NCBI GenBank assembly: GCA_013335095.1
Contig: JAAXWF010000003.1
Span: 5,960 to 69,959, forward strand
Length of the DNA: 64,000 bases
Reading direction: 5' to 3'
Source: a candidate division WWE3 bacterium
Lineage (GTDB): Bacteria > Patescibacteriota > 4484-211 > GCA-002791395
The translations under genes were made by a program, and so were the position numbers. The notes under the pieces are model-generated. The model was given only the letters and a program-made list of their open reading frames with translations. It searched no databases and was not told where the DNA came from. Each line of letters opens with the position of its first letter. Position 1 is the stretch's first letter. This document shows positions 46,572 through 56,064 of the stretch, one piece after another.

Positions 46572-48458
46572 TTAATTAGACTTATTTTCGTCTTCATTTA
46601 CAATTTCGCCTTCGGCCGACTGTTCGGACGGATTTTGAGGTTGTTCTGGTGTCGTCTCAGCTGAAGGTTGGTCATACATTAACGCTCCGATTGCTTGGAT
46701 TGACTGGGATAAATCTTCAGTAAGCTTCTTTAATTGTTCTAAATCTTCAATATGAAGGTTCTCTTTTACTGCTTTTACCTTTGTTTCTATGTCTGATTTT
46801 TTATCTGCTGGAATTTTATCGGCAAATTCACGGAGAGATTTTTCGGCTGTATATACTAAATTGTCGGCCTGATTGCGATATTCGATTAATTCTTTTCTCT
46901 TGCGATCTTCTTCAGCATGAGCCTGTGCTTCCTGTTGCATTCGCGCGATCTCATCTTTCGATAAGCCAGTTGTATTTTGGATTACAATTTTTTGCTGATT
47001 GCCCGTTGCTTTATCTTTTGCCGAAACGTTGAGAATACCGTTGGCATCAATATCGAAAGTAACTTCAATCTGCGGTATTCCTCGTGGTGCTGGTGGAATA
47101 CCAGTTAATTGGAAACGTCCAAGACTCTTATTCTCTGACGCCAATGGTCTTTCTCCTTGCAATACATTAATCTCAACAGAAGTTTGGTTATCTGCTGCAG
47201 TCGAAAATACTTGAGATTGGGCTGTTGGAATTGTTGTATTGCGCTCAATTAAGGGCGTCATCACTCCACCAAGTGTTTCAATACCCAACGTAAGAGGGGT
47301 AACGTCCAAAAGAAGCACGTCCTTAACTTCACCGCCGAGTACTCCGGCTTGAATGGCTGCACCGATCGCGACTACCTCATCAGGGTTGACTCCTTTATGA
47401 GGTTCTTTACCAAAAAATGAGGCTACTTTCTGTTGGATATAGGGCATTCGAGTCTGCCCTCCGACCAAGACGACCTGGCCTATTTGATCTTTTGTTACTC
47501 CGGCATCCGATAGCGCTTGATTTAGCGCATTAAAAGTCCTTTCAACAAGATCATCAACCAGCTGTTCTAACTTTGAACGGGTAAGTGTGAGCATCAAATG
47601 TTTAGGTCCCGTGGCATCTGCTGTTATAAACGGTATATTGATTTCTGTTTCAGGCTTTGCGGATAACTCAATCTTAGCCTTCTCTGCTGCGTCTTTCAGA
47701 CGTTGTAAGGCCTGGCGGTCTTGACGTAAATTAATACCTTGTTCTGTTTGGAATGATTGCGCCAAAAATTCAATTATTTTTTGATCAAAGTCATCTCCAC
47801 CGAGATGAGTATCTCCATGAGTCGCCTTGACTTCAAATACACCATCACCGACTTCAAGAATTGATATATCAAAGGTTCCACCGCCAAGATCATACACGGC
47901 GATCGTTTCATTGACTGTTTTATCGAGCCCGTAGGCGAGTGCCGCTGCGGTCGGTTCGTTTATAATACGTTTAACCTCTAAACCAGCAATTTCTCCAGCC
48001 TGTTTTGTCGCCTGTCTTTGTGAATCATTAAAATATGCTGGTACCGTTATTACGGCAGAATCTACTGTTTCTCCAAGATAACTTTCGGCATCTTGTTTGA
48101 GCTTCATGAGAATTTTTGCCGAGATTTCTTGAGGGGTGTATGTTTTGCCAGCATACGAAACAGCCGCGGAGTTATCGTGTCCCGAAACTATCTCATATGA
48201 GAGGAATTTTTTAAGTTCTTGAACTTCAGGATCTTCTACCCTTCGTCCCATGAGTCGTTTGACTGAATAGATTGTTTTTTGTGGAGCAACCACCAACTGT
48301 CTTTTGGTTACCTCACCAACAACACCTGTTTCGATATCGACAACTGAAGGTATGGTCGTACGTCCTTCACTGGATGGGATTACTTTTGGCTGCCCACCCT
48401 CCATGACGGCGACTACTGAATTAGTTGTTCCTAAATCTATTCCTACTGTTTTTGCCAT
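46572..48458 (-). CDS. dnaK: chaperone DnaK (Hsp70)
   Basis: [16 protein letters not shown] and [11 protein letters not shown] signatures. 628 aa. Confidence 0.95.
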   Translation of the reverse strand: MAKTVGIDLGTTNSVVAVMEGGQPKVIPSSEGRTTIPSVVDIETGVVGEVTKRQLVVAPQKTIYSVKRLMGRRVEDPEVQELKKFLSYEIVSGHDNSAAVSYAGKTYTPQEISAKILMKLKQDAESYLGETVDSAVITVPAYFNDSQRQATKQAGEIAGLEVKRIINEPTAAALAYGLDKTVNETIAVYDLGGGTFDISILEVGDGVFEVKATHGDTHLGGDDFDQKIIEFLAQSFQTEQGINLRQDRQALQRLKDAAEKAKIELSAKPETEINIPFITADATGPKHLMLTLTRSKLEQLVDDLVERTFNALNQALSDAGVTKDQIGQVVLVGGQTRMPYIQQKVASFFGKEPHKGVNPDEVVAIGAAIQAGVLGGEVKDVLLLDVTPLTLGIETLGGVMTPLIERNTTIPTAQSQVFSTAADNQTSVEINVLQGERPLASENKSLGRFQLTGIPPAPRGIPQIEVTFDIDANGILNVSAKDKATGNQQKIVIQNTTGLSKDEIARMQQEAQAHAEEDRKRKELIEYRNQADNLVYTAEKSLREFADKIPADKKSDIETKVKAVKENLHIEDLEQLKKLTEDLSQSIQAIGALMYDQPSAETTPEQPQNPSEQSAEGEIVNEDENKSN

Positions 48459-48459
48459 A

Positions 48460-48858
48460 TTAGTCTTTGACTCCTAATCTAACCTTTGCTGGTCGTATTA
48501 CTCGATCGTTAAGTTTATATCCCGGTGCAAGCACTTCAAGTACTATATCACTTTTTCCATCAGTATCAATAACCTCCATTGTTTCTGCGCTAAACGCGGT
48601 TCCTGGCTCTATCTGTATTCTCGAAAAACCATTCCGAGTTAATATTGTATAAAATTCTTTAGCTGTCATCTCTAGTCCATCAAGAACGCTAATCATTTGT
48701 GTCATTAACAACTCATTTGCCAATTGAACACTACCAGTAAGCTCTTTCTCGTATCGATTTTTTAGATTTGCATAGTCAGCAAGGGCTCTTTTAAGCTGTT
48801 CTTCGAGCAACTGAGTGCGATCGTTTATTTGATTGTTGTTATTATTTTCTTCGTTCAT
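48460..48858 (-). CDS. grpE: nucleotide exchange factor GrpE (short)
   Basis: Coiled N-terminus and a GrpE C-terminal beta domain ([17 protein letters not shown]). Positioned between hrcA and dnaK. Confidence 0.7.
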   Translation of the reverse strand: MNEENNNNNQINDRTQLLEEQLKRALADYANLKNRYEKELTGSVQLANELLMTQMISVLDGLEMTAKEFYTILTRNGFSRIQIEPGTAFSAETMEVIDTDGKSDIVLEVLAPGYKLNDRVIRPAKVRLGVKD

Positions 48859-48877
48859 AATTTTTAATATGGATATA

Positions 48878-49693
48878 TTACCAGCTTCGGCTCATCTCGT
48901 TAACTAATCGCTGTAAATATCGCAAGGTTGGTATTACAGAAGGATAATCCAGTCGATAAGGTCCAACAACGGTGATATATCCTAGATGACCTTTTGGTAA
49001 ATCAATTCTCGTTGTTACTAAACCACACTGGGCCATTGATGGTAAGCCGGTTTCTTCTCCGAGAAGTAATCCATATTCGGCTTCTGGAGATAACTGAGAC
49101 AATATGTAATTAATTAAGTCATATTGATCAAGTAAATGCAGTACCGCACGAGTTAGATCTATATCGTAGAATTCGGGATGACGTAAAATATGGGCAGCAC
49201 CTGATGCATACATTTGACCATTGTCGGTTGTAATTACGGTTAAATTCTGCAACTCTTCAGATAATGAAAGTGCTGCTTGTCGTAATAATTGTTCTTGATC
49301 GTGGCGGTGTTGCCATAGGCGTTGTTTAATTGCAACTTCATTAACTACGGGCATTTCTTTTTCTTGCATCATATTTTTTACGTAATAACGAAAAGCGTGA
49401 GGCGTTGGGGTTCGACCTGCTGAAGAATGATCCTTTTGTAGAAAACCTAACCGAGTAAGTTCGGCCATTTCATTACGTGTAGTTGCAGGAGAAAAATCAA
49501 AATGATATTTGCCAACGAGGTTCTCTGACCCGACTGGTTGGGCAGTATGAACATATTCATCAATAATAGCTTTTAGGATATCTTGCTGGCGCGTTGATAG
49601 GTAGTCACTATTCATAACTATCAGAAGATTATCACCGGCGCTAAATGATGTCAATATGATGTCGTGTATGGGTTTCGCTTGTTTTGTAGGCAT
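48878..49693 (-). CDS. hrcA: heat-inducible transcription repressor HrcA (short form; start ambiguous: 49615, 49693 or 49807)
   Basis: LSTRQQDILKAIIDEYVHTAQPVGSENL...ATTRNEMAELTRLGFLQKDHSSAGRTPT matches the HrcA N-terminal winged-helix region. The conserved N-terminus begins at the Met at nt 49615. The longer ORF (to 49807) would run into the divergent promoter. Confidence 0.65.
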   Translation of the reverse strand: MPTKQAKPIHDIILTSFSAGDNLLIVMNSDYLSTRQQDILKAIIDEYVHTAQPVGSENLVGKYHFDFSPATTRNEMAELTRLGFLQKDHSSAGRTPTPHAFRYYVKNMMQEKEMPVVNEVAIKQRLWQHRHDQEQLLRQAALSLSEELQNLTVITTDNGQMYASGAAHILRHPEFYDIDLTRAVLHLLDQYDLINYILSQLSPEAEYGLLLGEETGLPSMAQCGLVTTRIDLPKGHLGYITVVGPYRLDYPSVIPTLRYLQRLVNEMSRSW

Positions 49694-49725
49694 CGAGATC
49701 GTCTTGACGAACGTATTTCTTTTTG

Positions 49726-49750
49726 TTAGTCTAACACTGTGCAGTGCTAA
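49726..49750. promoter_or_regulatory. CIRCE-like inverted repeat (putative HrcA operator) in the hrcA / hsp20 divergent promoter region
   Basis: TTAGTCTAACACTGTGCAGTGCTAA. The right half CAGTGCTAA matches 8 of 9 positions of the CIRCE half-site GAGTGCTAA. The left half is degenerate and the spacer is shorter than the canonical 9 nt. Located 30 nt upstream of the hsp20 start. Confidence 0.4.
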
Positions 49751-49779
49751 CTGCCAATGCGAAAGGAGGTGTATATAAA

Positions 49780-50226
49780 ATGTCACGTATTGTCCGATAT
49801 GATCCATTTCGAGAGTTACGCCGAATTATGTGGTCGGGATTTCCACTAATGGATGATGATCTCATGACCCACGGTTCCTCTTCACTATTGTCTGTTGATG
49901 CATATGAGGAAGATCAATATGTTGTTGTAAAGGCTGATATTCCTGGTGTTAAACCTGACGATGTAGATATTTCAGTATCTTCTGATAGTGTAACGATTAA
50001 AGCAAATCGTAATGAAGAAAAAGAAATAAAAAACCGTGAATATATTCGTAAAGAACGGTATAGTGGAAGTGTAGCTCGGACATTGAGCCTTCCTTCGCCA
50101 GTTATTCCAGATGAAGCCGAAGCCACTTTTATTGATGGTTCACTAACACTTCGAATCAAGAAACAACTACATAACCCATCGAAACAAGTTCAAATAAAAG
50201 TGAATTCGGAAACCAATGGACATTGA
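49780..50226 (+). CDS. small heat-shock protein (Hsp20 / alpha-crystallin family)
   Basis: ATG at 49780 with an AAAGGAGGTG Shine-Dalgarno. MSRIVRYDPFRELRR start and an alpha-crystallin domain (VKADIPGVKPDDVDISV...). The ORF-track start 49744 is an upstream in-frame ATG. Confidence 0.8.
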   Translation: MSRIVRYDPFRELRRIMWSGFPLMDDDLMTHGSSSLLSVDAYEEDQYVVVKADIPGVKPDDVDISVSSDSVTIKANRNEEKEIKNREYIRKERYSGSVARTLSLPSPVIPDEAEATFIDGSLTLRIKKQLHNPSKQVQIKVNSETNGH

Positions 50227-50275
50227 GATAGCCTAAGAAAGGAGGCCTCGTGAAGGAAAACTTACTTCACGTCGT

Positions 50276-50305
50276 AAAGAGCCCCGCCCGCGGGGCTCTT
50301 TTTAT
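50276..50305. terminator. GC-rich hairpin plus T-run, likely bidirectional terminator between the convergent hsp20 and trpS genes
   Basis: aaagaGCCCCGCccgCGGGGCtcttttt. A second 7-bp perfect inverted repeat (cgtgaag...cttcacg) lies just upstream at 50249-50270. Confidence 0.6.
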
Positions 50306-50328
50306 GGAATATAAATATGATGGATAAT

Positions 50329-51312
50329 CTATTGGCTAATGCCAATTACATTTCGAACCTGTTGTATTTTAGTAGTTGAAATTTCTTTGGCTTTATTTGC
50401 CCCATTAGTGAGCGTTTTCTCGATTGCTTTAGAATGTATAATCTCCGAATATCGTGTTTGAATTGGCGATAGATGTTGAATAATAACTTCTCCCAAATCT
50501 TGTTTGAATATTTTGTACCCTTTGCCAGAATACTCTGCATCAAGCTGTTGTGGCGTTTTACCCGAAAGTGCTTGATATATGGTAATTAGATTGGTAATCG
50601 CTGGTTTATTTTTTTTATCTATGATTATTTCATTTCCTGAATCTGTTACTGCTATTCGTAACTTTTCTCGTATTTGATCAGGTGTATCGGATAGATTAAT
50701 CGTTCCGTTCGGATCCGATTCGCTTTTTGACATTTTTTTATCCGGCTGTTGCAAACTCATAATACGTTCACCGGCAATTGGTGGCATATATTCGGGAATA
50801 GTAAAGATATGACCATATTGGCCGTTTATACGTTCGGCCACGTCCCTTGTTAGTTCAATATGCTGTTTTTGATCTTCTCCAACAGGAACGAATTGCGTAT
50901 CGTATAAAAGAATATCCGCGGCCATAAGGGCGGGATAATCAAATAACCCTACGCTCACGAACTCTGTTTTTTCTTTTTTATCTTTATACTGAGTCATGCG
51001 ACCTAACTGACCAATGCCGGTAAAACAATTTAATATCCATCCTAAATACGTATGATCTGGGTTATCGGATTGAACAAACATAATTGATTCGTCTGGATTT
51101 ATTCCTGCAGCAATATACCAGGCCGCAATTGATTTGGTCTGCTCTTGTAACCTATGTGGATTTTGTGGAACTGTTATTGCATGTAAGTCGACTATACAAA
51201 AAATATTGTCGTATTCATGTTGATGAGCTACCCATTGCGATAATGCTCCAATGTAGTTACCTAGGTGTAAATCTCCTGAGGGCTTAATACCTGAAAACAC
51301 ACGTTTTTTCAT
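50329..51312 (-). CDS. trpS: tryptophan--tRNA ligase
   Basis: Class I aaRS motifs: HLGN (HIGH-like) near the N-terminus and KMSKS. 327 aa. Confidence 0.85.
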   Translation of the reverse strand: MKKRVFSGIKPSGDLHLGNYIGALSQWVAHQHEYDNIFCIVDLHAITVPQNPHRLQEQTKSIAAWYIAAGINPDESIMFVQSDNPDHTYLGWILNCFTGIGQLGRMTQYKDKKEKTEFVSVGLFDYPALMAADILLYDTQFVPVGEDQKQHIELTRDVAERINGQYGHIFTIPEYMPPIAGERIMSLQQPDKKMSKSESDPNGTINLSDTPDQIREKLRIAVTDSGNEIIIDKKNKPAITNLITIYQALSGKTPQQLDAEYSGKGYKIFKQDLGEVIIQHLSPIQTRYSEIIHSKAIEKTLTNGANKAKEISTTKIQQVRNVIGISQ

Positions 51313-51371
51313 ATACCGATAGTATACCTAATCTTTACCCATATCGAAAGGGAACCAGTATAATATGGCAT

Positions 51372-52415
51372 ATGGTAGATATTGAAAGTTTAAAACGTAG
51401 ATTTGAGACGGTGTCACAGCGGTTGGATCGTAGCACCTTGCAAATCGAGAAGCAGAAAATAGAAGAAGAAAGTTCTTCAGCGGTTTTTTGGCAGGATCCA
51501 GAAAAGTCTGGCCGAAAGATGAAGGACTTGACCGAAATTAAGGACGAGATTGATCGTCTGGACACTGTCGAACTATTGTTGATGGAGCTTGAAGATCAGC
51601 CCAATAATGAGACGGCAAGCGCAGAAATCGAGCGTCGGCTTGCGGTGCTCGAAGAACGATTATATTTATCAGGACCTTATGATAAATCAGCTGCCATCCT
51701 ATCTATTTATCCTGGCCAGGGAGGTACTGAGGCTATGGATTGGGCGAGTATGTTACTACGTATGTATACGAGATTTGCCGAAATAAAAGATTGGGATGTG
51801 GTAATGATTCAACAAAGTCCGGGCGAAGAAGCTGGTATTAAAGAAGCTATTTTAGAAATACATGGTACATATGCATACGGTTACTTAAAACATGAAACAG
51901 GAACTCATCGTTTAGTCCGGTTATCGCCGTTTAATGCCGCTAATTTACGTCAAACAAGTTTTGCCCGTGTAGAAGTCATTCCTATGATCGAAGGCGGTAG
52001 TAGCGGTATTGAAATTAATGATGATGATCTTGAATTCGAGGCGACGCGTGCCGGTGGACCAGGTGGGCAAAATGTTAATAAAGTTTCTACCGCAGTTCGC
52101 TTAACTCACATACCCTCGGGCATTACCATTCGGGTTGCATCGGAGCGGTCTCAGCATAAGAACCGAGAGCTTGCGATGAATATTTTGATTGGTAAATTAG
52201 CTCAGATTAAAGCTGAAGAAGAAAAAAAACGTGAATCGGAAATAAAAGGCGAGTATAAGGTTCCCGGATGGGGTAATCAAATTAGATCGTATGTTTTACA
52301 ACCGTATCAGATGGTGAAAGATCATCGAACTGATGTTGAAACTTCGAATTCTGAAGGCGTGCTTGATGGTGAAATAATGGAATTTATTGATGCTGAAATC
52401 CGTTCGTTATCTTGA
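51372..52415 (+). CDS. prfB: peptide chain release factor 2
   Basis: GGQ motif (RAGGPGGQNVNKVSTAVRLTHIPSGI) and the SPF tripeptide (RLSPFNAAN) specific to RF2. Single uninterrupted ORF; no programmed +1 frameshift site evident. Confidence 0.85.
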   Translation: MVDIESLKRRFETVSQRLDRSTLQIEKQKIEEESSSAVFWQDPEKSGRKMKDLTEIKDEIDRLDTVELLLMELEDQPNNETASAEIERRLAVLEERLYLSGPYDKSAAILSIYPGQGGTEAMDWASMLLRMYTRFAEIKDWDVVMIQQSPGEEAGIKEAILEIHGTYAYGYLKHETGTHRLVRLSPFNAANLRQTSFARVEVIPMIEGGSSGIEINDDDLEFEATRAGGPGGQNVNKVSTAVRLTHIPSGITIRVASERSQHKNRELAMNILIGKLAQIKAEEEKKRESEIKGEYKVPGWGNQIRSYVLQPYQMVKDHRTDVETSNSEGVLDGEIMEFIDAEIRSLS

Positions 52416-52444
52416 TAGGTTCTTGATCTAACCTCTGATACAAT

Positions 52445-53440
52445 TTGTTTATGAAAAAGGTATTAGTTACTGGTGGTGCTGGATATATTGGATCAATTGC
52501 ATGTCGGGTATTAAAACAGGAAGGATATGAACCTATTGTTTTCGACAATCTCGAATTTGGTCATTCTCAATCCGTCGGTGAATTTGAGATTATTGAGGGT
52601 GATCTTCGTTCTTATGATTCGATTAAGAATGCCCTTGTCACGGTTCGACCTGATGCGGTTATGCATTTCGCGGCTTACTTAAGTGTGCCTGAATCAGTTG
52701 AGCATCCGATAAAATATTACGAAAATAATGTTATTGGATCACTTAATTTATTCCATGCAATGATCGAACTACAGATAAATAAGATTGTTTTTTCTTCTAC
52801 CTGTGCCACATATGGCCAGCCGACTCATTTACCGGTTACTGAAAACGAGACGTTTAAGCCGGAGAGTCCATATGGGCAAACCAAGCTCGTTGTAGAACAA
52901 ATGTTGGATTGGTTTTATCGCGCATATGGTTTGAATTCAATTCGATTAAGATATTTTAATGTTGCTGGTGCATGGCCCGACGGCTCCATCGGTGAGGATC
53001 ACAATCCTGAAGTTCATATAATTCCTTTAGCATTATTTACCTCAATGGGTAAAAGAAAATCGTTTACGATATTTGGTAACGATTACAGTACGATCGATGG
53101 AACTAATGTGCGCGATTATATCCATGTCGTTGATTTAGCGTATGCTCATGTATCTGCCCTAAACTATTTAGAAGATCATTCGGTAACTGATTACTTTAAT
53201 GTTGGGGTCGGAGCAGGCTATTCAAATTTACAAATTATTCAAATGATAAAACAGGTGACTACTATCGATTTCTCGGTCGAGATCGCCGCGCGAAGACCCG
53301 GAGATGCTCCCGAAATTTATGCGGACAATACAAAAATAAAGAACATCTTAAAGTGGGAACCAAAATACTCTTTAAGAGACATCGTCGAATCAGCATGGAA
53401 GTGGCACACTACCCATCCAGATGGATATAAGGATATGTAA
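52445..53440 (+). CDS. galE: UDP-glucose 4-epimerase
   Basis: KVLVTGGAGYIGS Rossmann motif, catalytic YGQTK and SDR-extended architecture. 331 aa. Confidence 0.8.
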   Translation: MFMKKVLVTGGAGYIGSIACRVLKQEGYEPIVFDNLEFGHSQSVGEFEIIEGDLRSYDSIKNALVTVRPDAVMHFAAYLSVPESVEHPIKYYENNVIGSLNLFHAMIELQINKIVFSSTCATYGQPTHLPVTENETFKPESPYGQTKLVVEQMLDWFYRAYGLNSIRLRYFNVAGAWPDGSIGEDHNPEVHIIPLALFTSMGKRKSFTIFGNDYSTIDGTNVRDYIHVVDLAYAHVSALNYLEDHSVTDYFNVGVGAGYSNLQIIQMIKQVTTIDFSVEIAARRPGDAPEIYADNTKIKNILKWEPKYSLRDIVESAWKWHTTHPDGYKDM

Positions 53441-53521
53441 TTATTCTTATTGCCCTTTAGATATCATGATGATTTGAACGCCCCCTGATAATTTGATAGT
53501 GTGAGGTTTTATAAGAAATAA

Positions 53522-54220
53522 ATGCCTAAGGTTTCAATAATATTCCCAGCATTAAATGAACGGAAAAGGTTGGAGAGAACCATTCGTATTTTTATTGAAC
53601 ATTTTAATAATGCGGTTGAACTTGTCATTGTTGATAACGGTTCTTCTGATGGTACTGCTGAGTATATCCGCGAGACTTATTCATCCAATCCGAATATTCG
53701 CTTAGTGTATGTAGACCGCCCGCTTGGAAAGGGTGGTGCCGTGTATCATGGATTTGATCACGTGGATGCGGAATTAGTCGGTTTTGTTGATCCTGATGGG
53801 TCTACTTCACCTCAGGAATGTGAAAAACTTATATCGGAGGCATTAAGAGTGGATTTCGTTTTAGCTTCTCGCTGGATTCCAGGAGCATCCATTGATCAAA
53901 AACAACCCATTTTGCGCCGTGTTTATGGGAGATCTTTTAATCTGTTAGTTAATACTCTGTTTAACTTGGGAATAAAAGATACTCAGTGTGGAGCAAAGTT
54001 TATAAATAGAGCAAAATACCTTCGGATCAGGCCACAACTATCAATTCGAGGGTTTGCGTTCGATGTCGAACTTATTTTGCGTAGTAAACAAGCTGGTTAT
54101 TCGATAAAAGAGATACCAATTACGTGGCATGATGTCGAAGGGTCTACGGTGTCTCAGCGTTCGGGATTTAACGCCGTAAAGGATGTCATTAAGTTGTGGT
54201 TGAGGGATTTATCGAGATAA
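53522..54220 (+). CDS. family-2 glycosyltransferase (polyprenol-phosphate sugar transferase-like)
   Basis: VSIIFPALNE...VIVDNGSSDGT and DPDGS motifs. Dpm1/GtrB-like size (232 aa). Confidence 0.7.
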   Translation: MPKVSIIFPALNERKRLERTIRIFIEHFNNAVELVIVDNGSSDGTAEYIRETYSSNPNIRLVYVDRPLGKGGAVYHGFDHVDAELVGFVDPDGSTSPQECEKLISEALRVDFVLASRWIPGASIDQKQPILRRVYGRSFNLLVNTLFNLGIKDTQCGAKFINRAKYLRIRPQLSIRGFAFDVELILRSKQAGYSIKEIPITWHDVEGSTVSQRSGFNAVKDVIKLWLRDLSR

Positions 54221-54253
54221 TTGGCATATGTATGGTAAAAATATACCTATAAT

Positions 54254-55162
54254 ATGAACAAAAAAAGAAATTTTATTTTATTACATAACAATGAACCCGT
54301 TGCTGTTGAGCTTAAGGCTTTCTGGGGGAGCGATGTCTATCTGGAAGAAATCGCGGTAAACGATCGATCCCTCGATTCATCCTTAGAGCTCCTCGATTCG
54401 TATTTAACTAAGCAGCCAGACTCAATTGTTATCGATATGGTTGATGCTCACACTCTTGATTACATTGCTCCCACGGTATTGACTGAAGAGGAACGAGATC
54501 AACAATATGTAATTAATGTTGAGTTTACCTCACAGGTTGCATCAATTTGTTTTAATCATGGCATCCATATGATTTTTTTATCGTCTGATCAAGTGTTTAA
54601 CGATGACGATATTGAAAAGACATTTAATGAAGAAGCTTTTCCATTCCCTTCAAATTGGTATGGAAAGGTGAAGTACTTAGCTGAAAGAGAGATTTTTGCA
54701 TCGGGGGTTGAATATACCATCTTACGCATTGGTTCAATTCTGTCTTCTTCACCAAATCATTTATTGGCCCAAATTCGTCGTTATTTAGAACAAAATACCT
54801 TACCGTCATTAGCCATGGATCAACAACTTTCACCAATATATCTTGGAGATATAGCAAAAAGTATTGAGCTTATTAGTGATGATTTGATGCTGTCGAGAAA
54901 TAAGATTTATCATCTTGCTGCCGATGAACTTATTACACCATACGAGCTTGCTCTTCGTATGCAAAATCAGTTAGAATCCAATTCCGAAATAGTATCTGCA
55001 TCCGTACTTGATACCGTTATTGATGAAGACCAGGAAGAGCCGAATGAATATTCATTAAACTCTGCTCTTGATAATAGTTTGTTTAAAACAGACTTTAGTA
55101 TGGTCTTTACACCGATTGATAATGCTATCGCGTTGATCGTTGATAAATGGAATGAAGCTTAG
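54254..55162 (+). CDS. RmlD-like (dTDP-4-dehydrorhamnose reductase substrate-binding domain) protein lacking the N-terminal GxxGxxG motif
   Basis: LSSDQVFNDDD...PSNWYGKVKYLAEREI contains a YxxxK catalytic-type motif. No glycine-rich Rossmann loop at the N-terminus. Confidence 0.4.
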   Translation: MNKKRNFILLHNNEPVAVELKAFWGSDVYLEEIAVNDRSLDSSLELLDSYLTKQPDSIVIDMVDAHTLDYIAPTVLTEEERDQQYVINVEFTSQVASICFNHGIHMIFLSSDQVFNDDDIEKTFNEEAFPFPSNWYGKVKYLAEREIFASGVEYTILRIGSILSSSPNHLLAQIRRYLEQNTLPSLAMDQQLSPIYLGDIAKSIELISDDLMLSRNKIYHLAADELITPYELALRMQNQLESNSEIVSASVLDTVIDEDQEEPNEYSLNSALDNSLFKTDFSMVFTPIDNAIALIVDKWNEA

Positions 55163-55539
55163 TTTGTGACAATATTGTGTCGAATTACCACAGAATTAAA
55201 ATTTATTGGAAAGAGCCAAAAGGTTGTGCCTTTATAGGGATGCAATGCTGCATCATATACCCAATATGCCAGTGCCCCCAAAAAGAGCAATACAAATATT
55301 GTTTTTCGTTGTTCTTTTTTGAACATCATCGTAAGCAAATACGCAACGAGTGTAAACGCTAAGGGGGTTTGTAACGTATATCCGACCCAGCTTAACGTAT
55401 AATTTTCGGGAAAGAAAACATTGATTATCGTTTTCACTAGTCCAGGAAGTACGAATCCTATTCCAATGTATGCTAACGATACGAGTTGGTTAACGTATTG
55501 TCTCTGTTGATTGGGTACCTTGGGATTATGTGAAGCCAT
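55159..55539 (-). CDS. small polytopic membrane protein (GtrA-like, putative)
   Basis: 126 aa with 3-4 TM helices. Context next to GT2 and flippase genes. No strong motif. Confidence 0.3.
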   Translation of the reverse strand: MASHNPKVPNQQRQYVNQLVSLAYIGIGFVLPGLVKTIINVFFPENYTLSWVGYTLQTPLAFTLVAYLLTMMFKKEQRKTIFVLLFLGALAYWVYDAALHPYKGTTFWLFPINFNSVVIRHNIVTN

Positions 55540-56017
55540 AAGATTTTTTTACTTGAATTAGCCATTTATCAATCTTTTCCTTGTTAAAAAAATAAAGTAA
55601 GCACACTGTCGAGAGTGTGCCAATTATCAGGTGCAGAAATAATTGATGTAATGGCGAATTTGCTGTCGCATAATTTTGTATTGATACCGTCGGTTTACTA
55701 TTTAAAAATTTTACCGTACCTGTTGCATTTATCGTCGCTTCAGGTGTAAGTATGCTCGGTAATCCCTCAGCATAAATGGTCATACCTCGATCATATAGTT
55801 TTATTCCATTCGAGCCTCGTTCGATTATTGATGCATTAAATGCAATAGCCTTTCCAGTATATGTACGCATGTCTGTTTTAATTTTTTTAAATGTAATTTC
55901 GGTCATTGGACCTTTATAGATTCCATAGCAGCAAAACATAGCGAGCAGAATTAATGTTAGTCGAATTTTTCGGGAACGATCTTCATCCGAGAAAATGTAG
56001 TTAAACATTGGAATCAT
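55526..56017 (-). CDS. hypothetical membrane-anchored protein
   Basis: 163-aa ORF with N- and C-terminal hydrophobic segments. Overlaps the downstream gene by 14 nt, which suggests co-translation. Confidence 0.3.
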   Translation of the reverse strand: MIPMFNYIFSDEDRSRKIRLTLILLAMFCCYGIYKGPMTEITFKKIKTDMRTYTGKAIAFNASIIERGSNGIKLYDRGMTIYAEGLPSILTPEATINATGTVKFLNSKPTVSIQNYATANSPLHQLFLHLIIGTLSTVCLLYFFNKEKIDKWLIQVKKSYGFT

Positions 56018-56064
56018 TATACAAACATTTCAGTGAATCGCATAAACCAGGTATACTAACAATA

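Noticed and set aside
49744-49779. Upstream in-frame ATG (49744) as the Hsp20 start
   Set aside because: It would place the start inside the CIRCE-like repeat with no Shine-Dalgarno. The ATG at 49780 has a near-perfect AAAGGAGGTG Shine-Dalgarno and gives the conserved MSRIVRYDPF N-terminus.
51372-51460. Programmed +1 frameshift site in prfB
   Set aside because: The RF2 frame is continuous from the ATG at 51372. The short upstream ORF (atg gca tat ... tga at 51366) is out of frame and lacks the CUU UGA C shift-site context.
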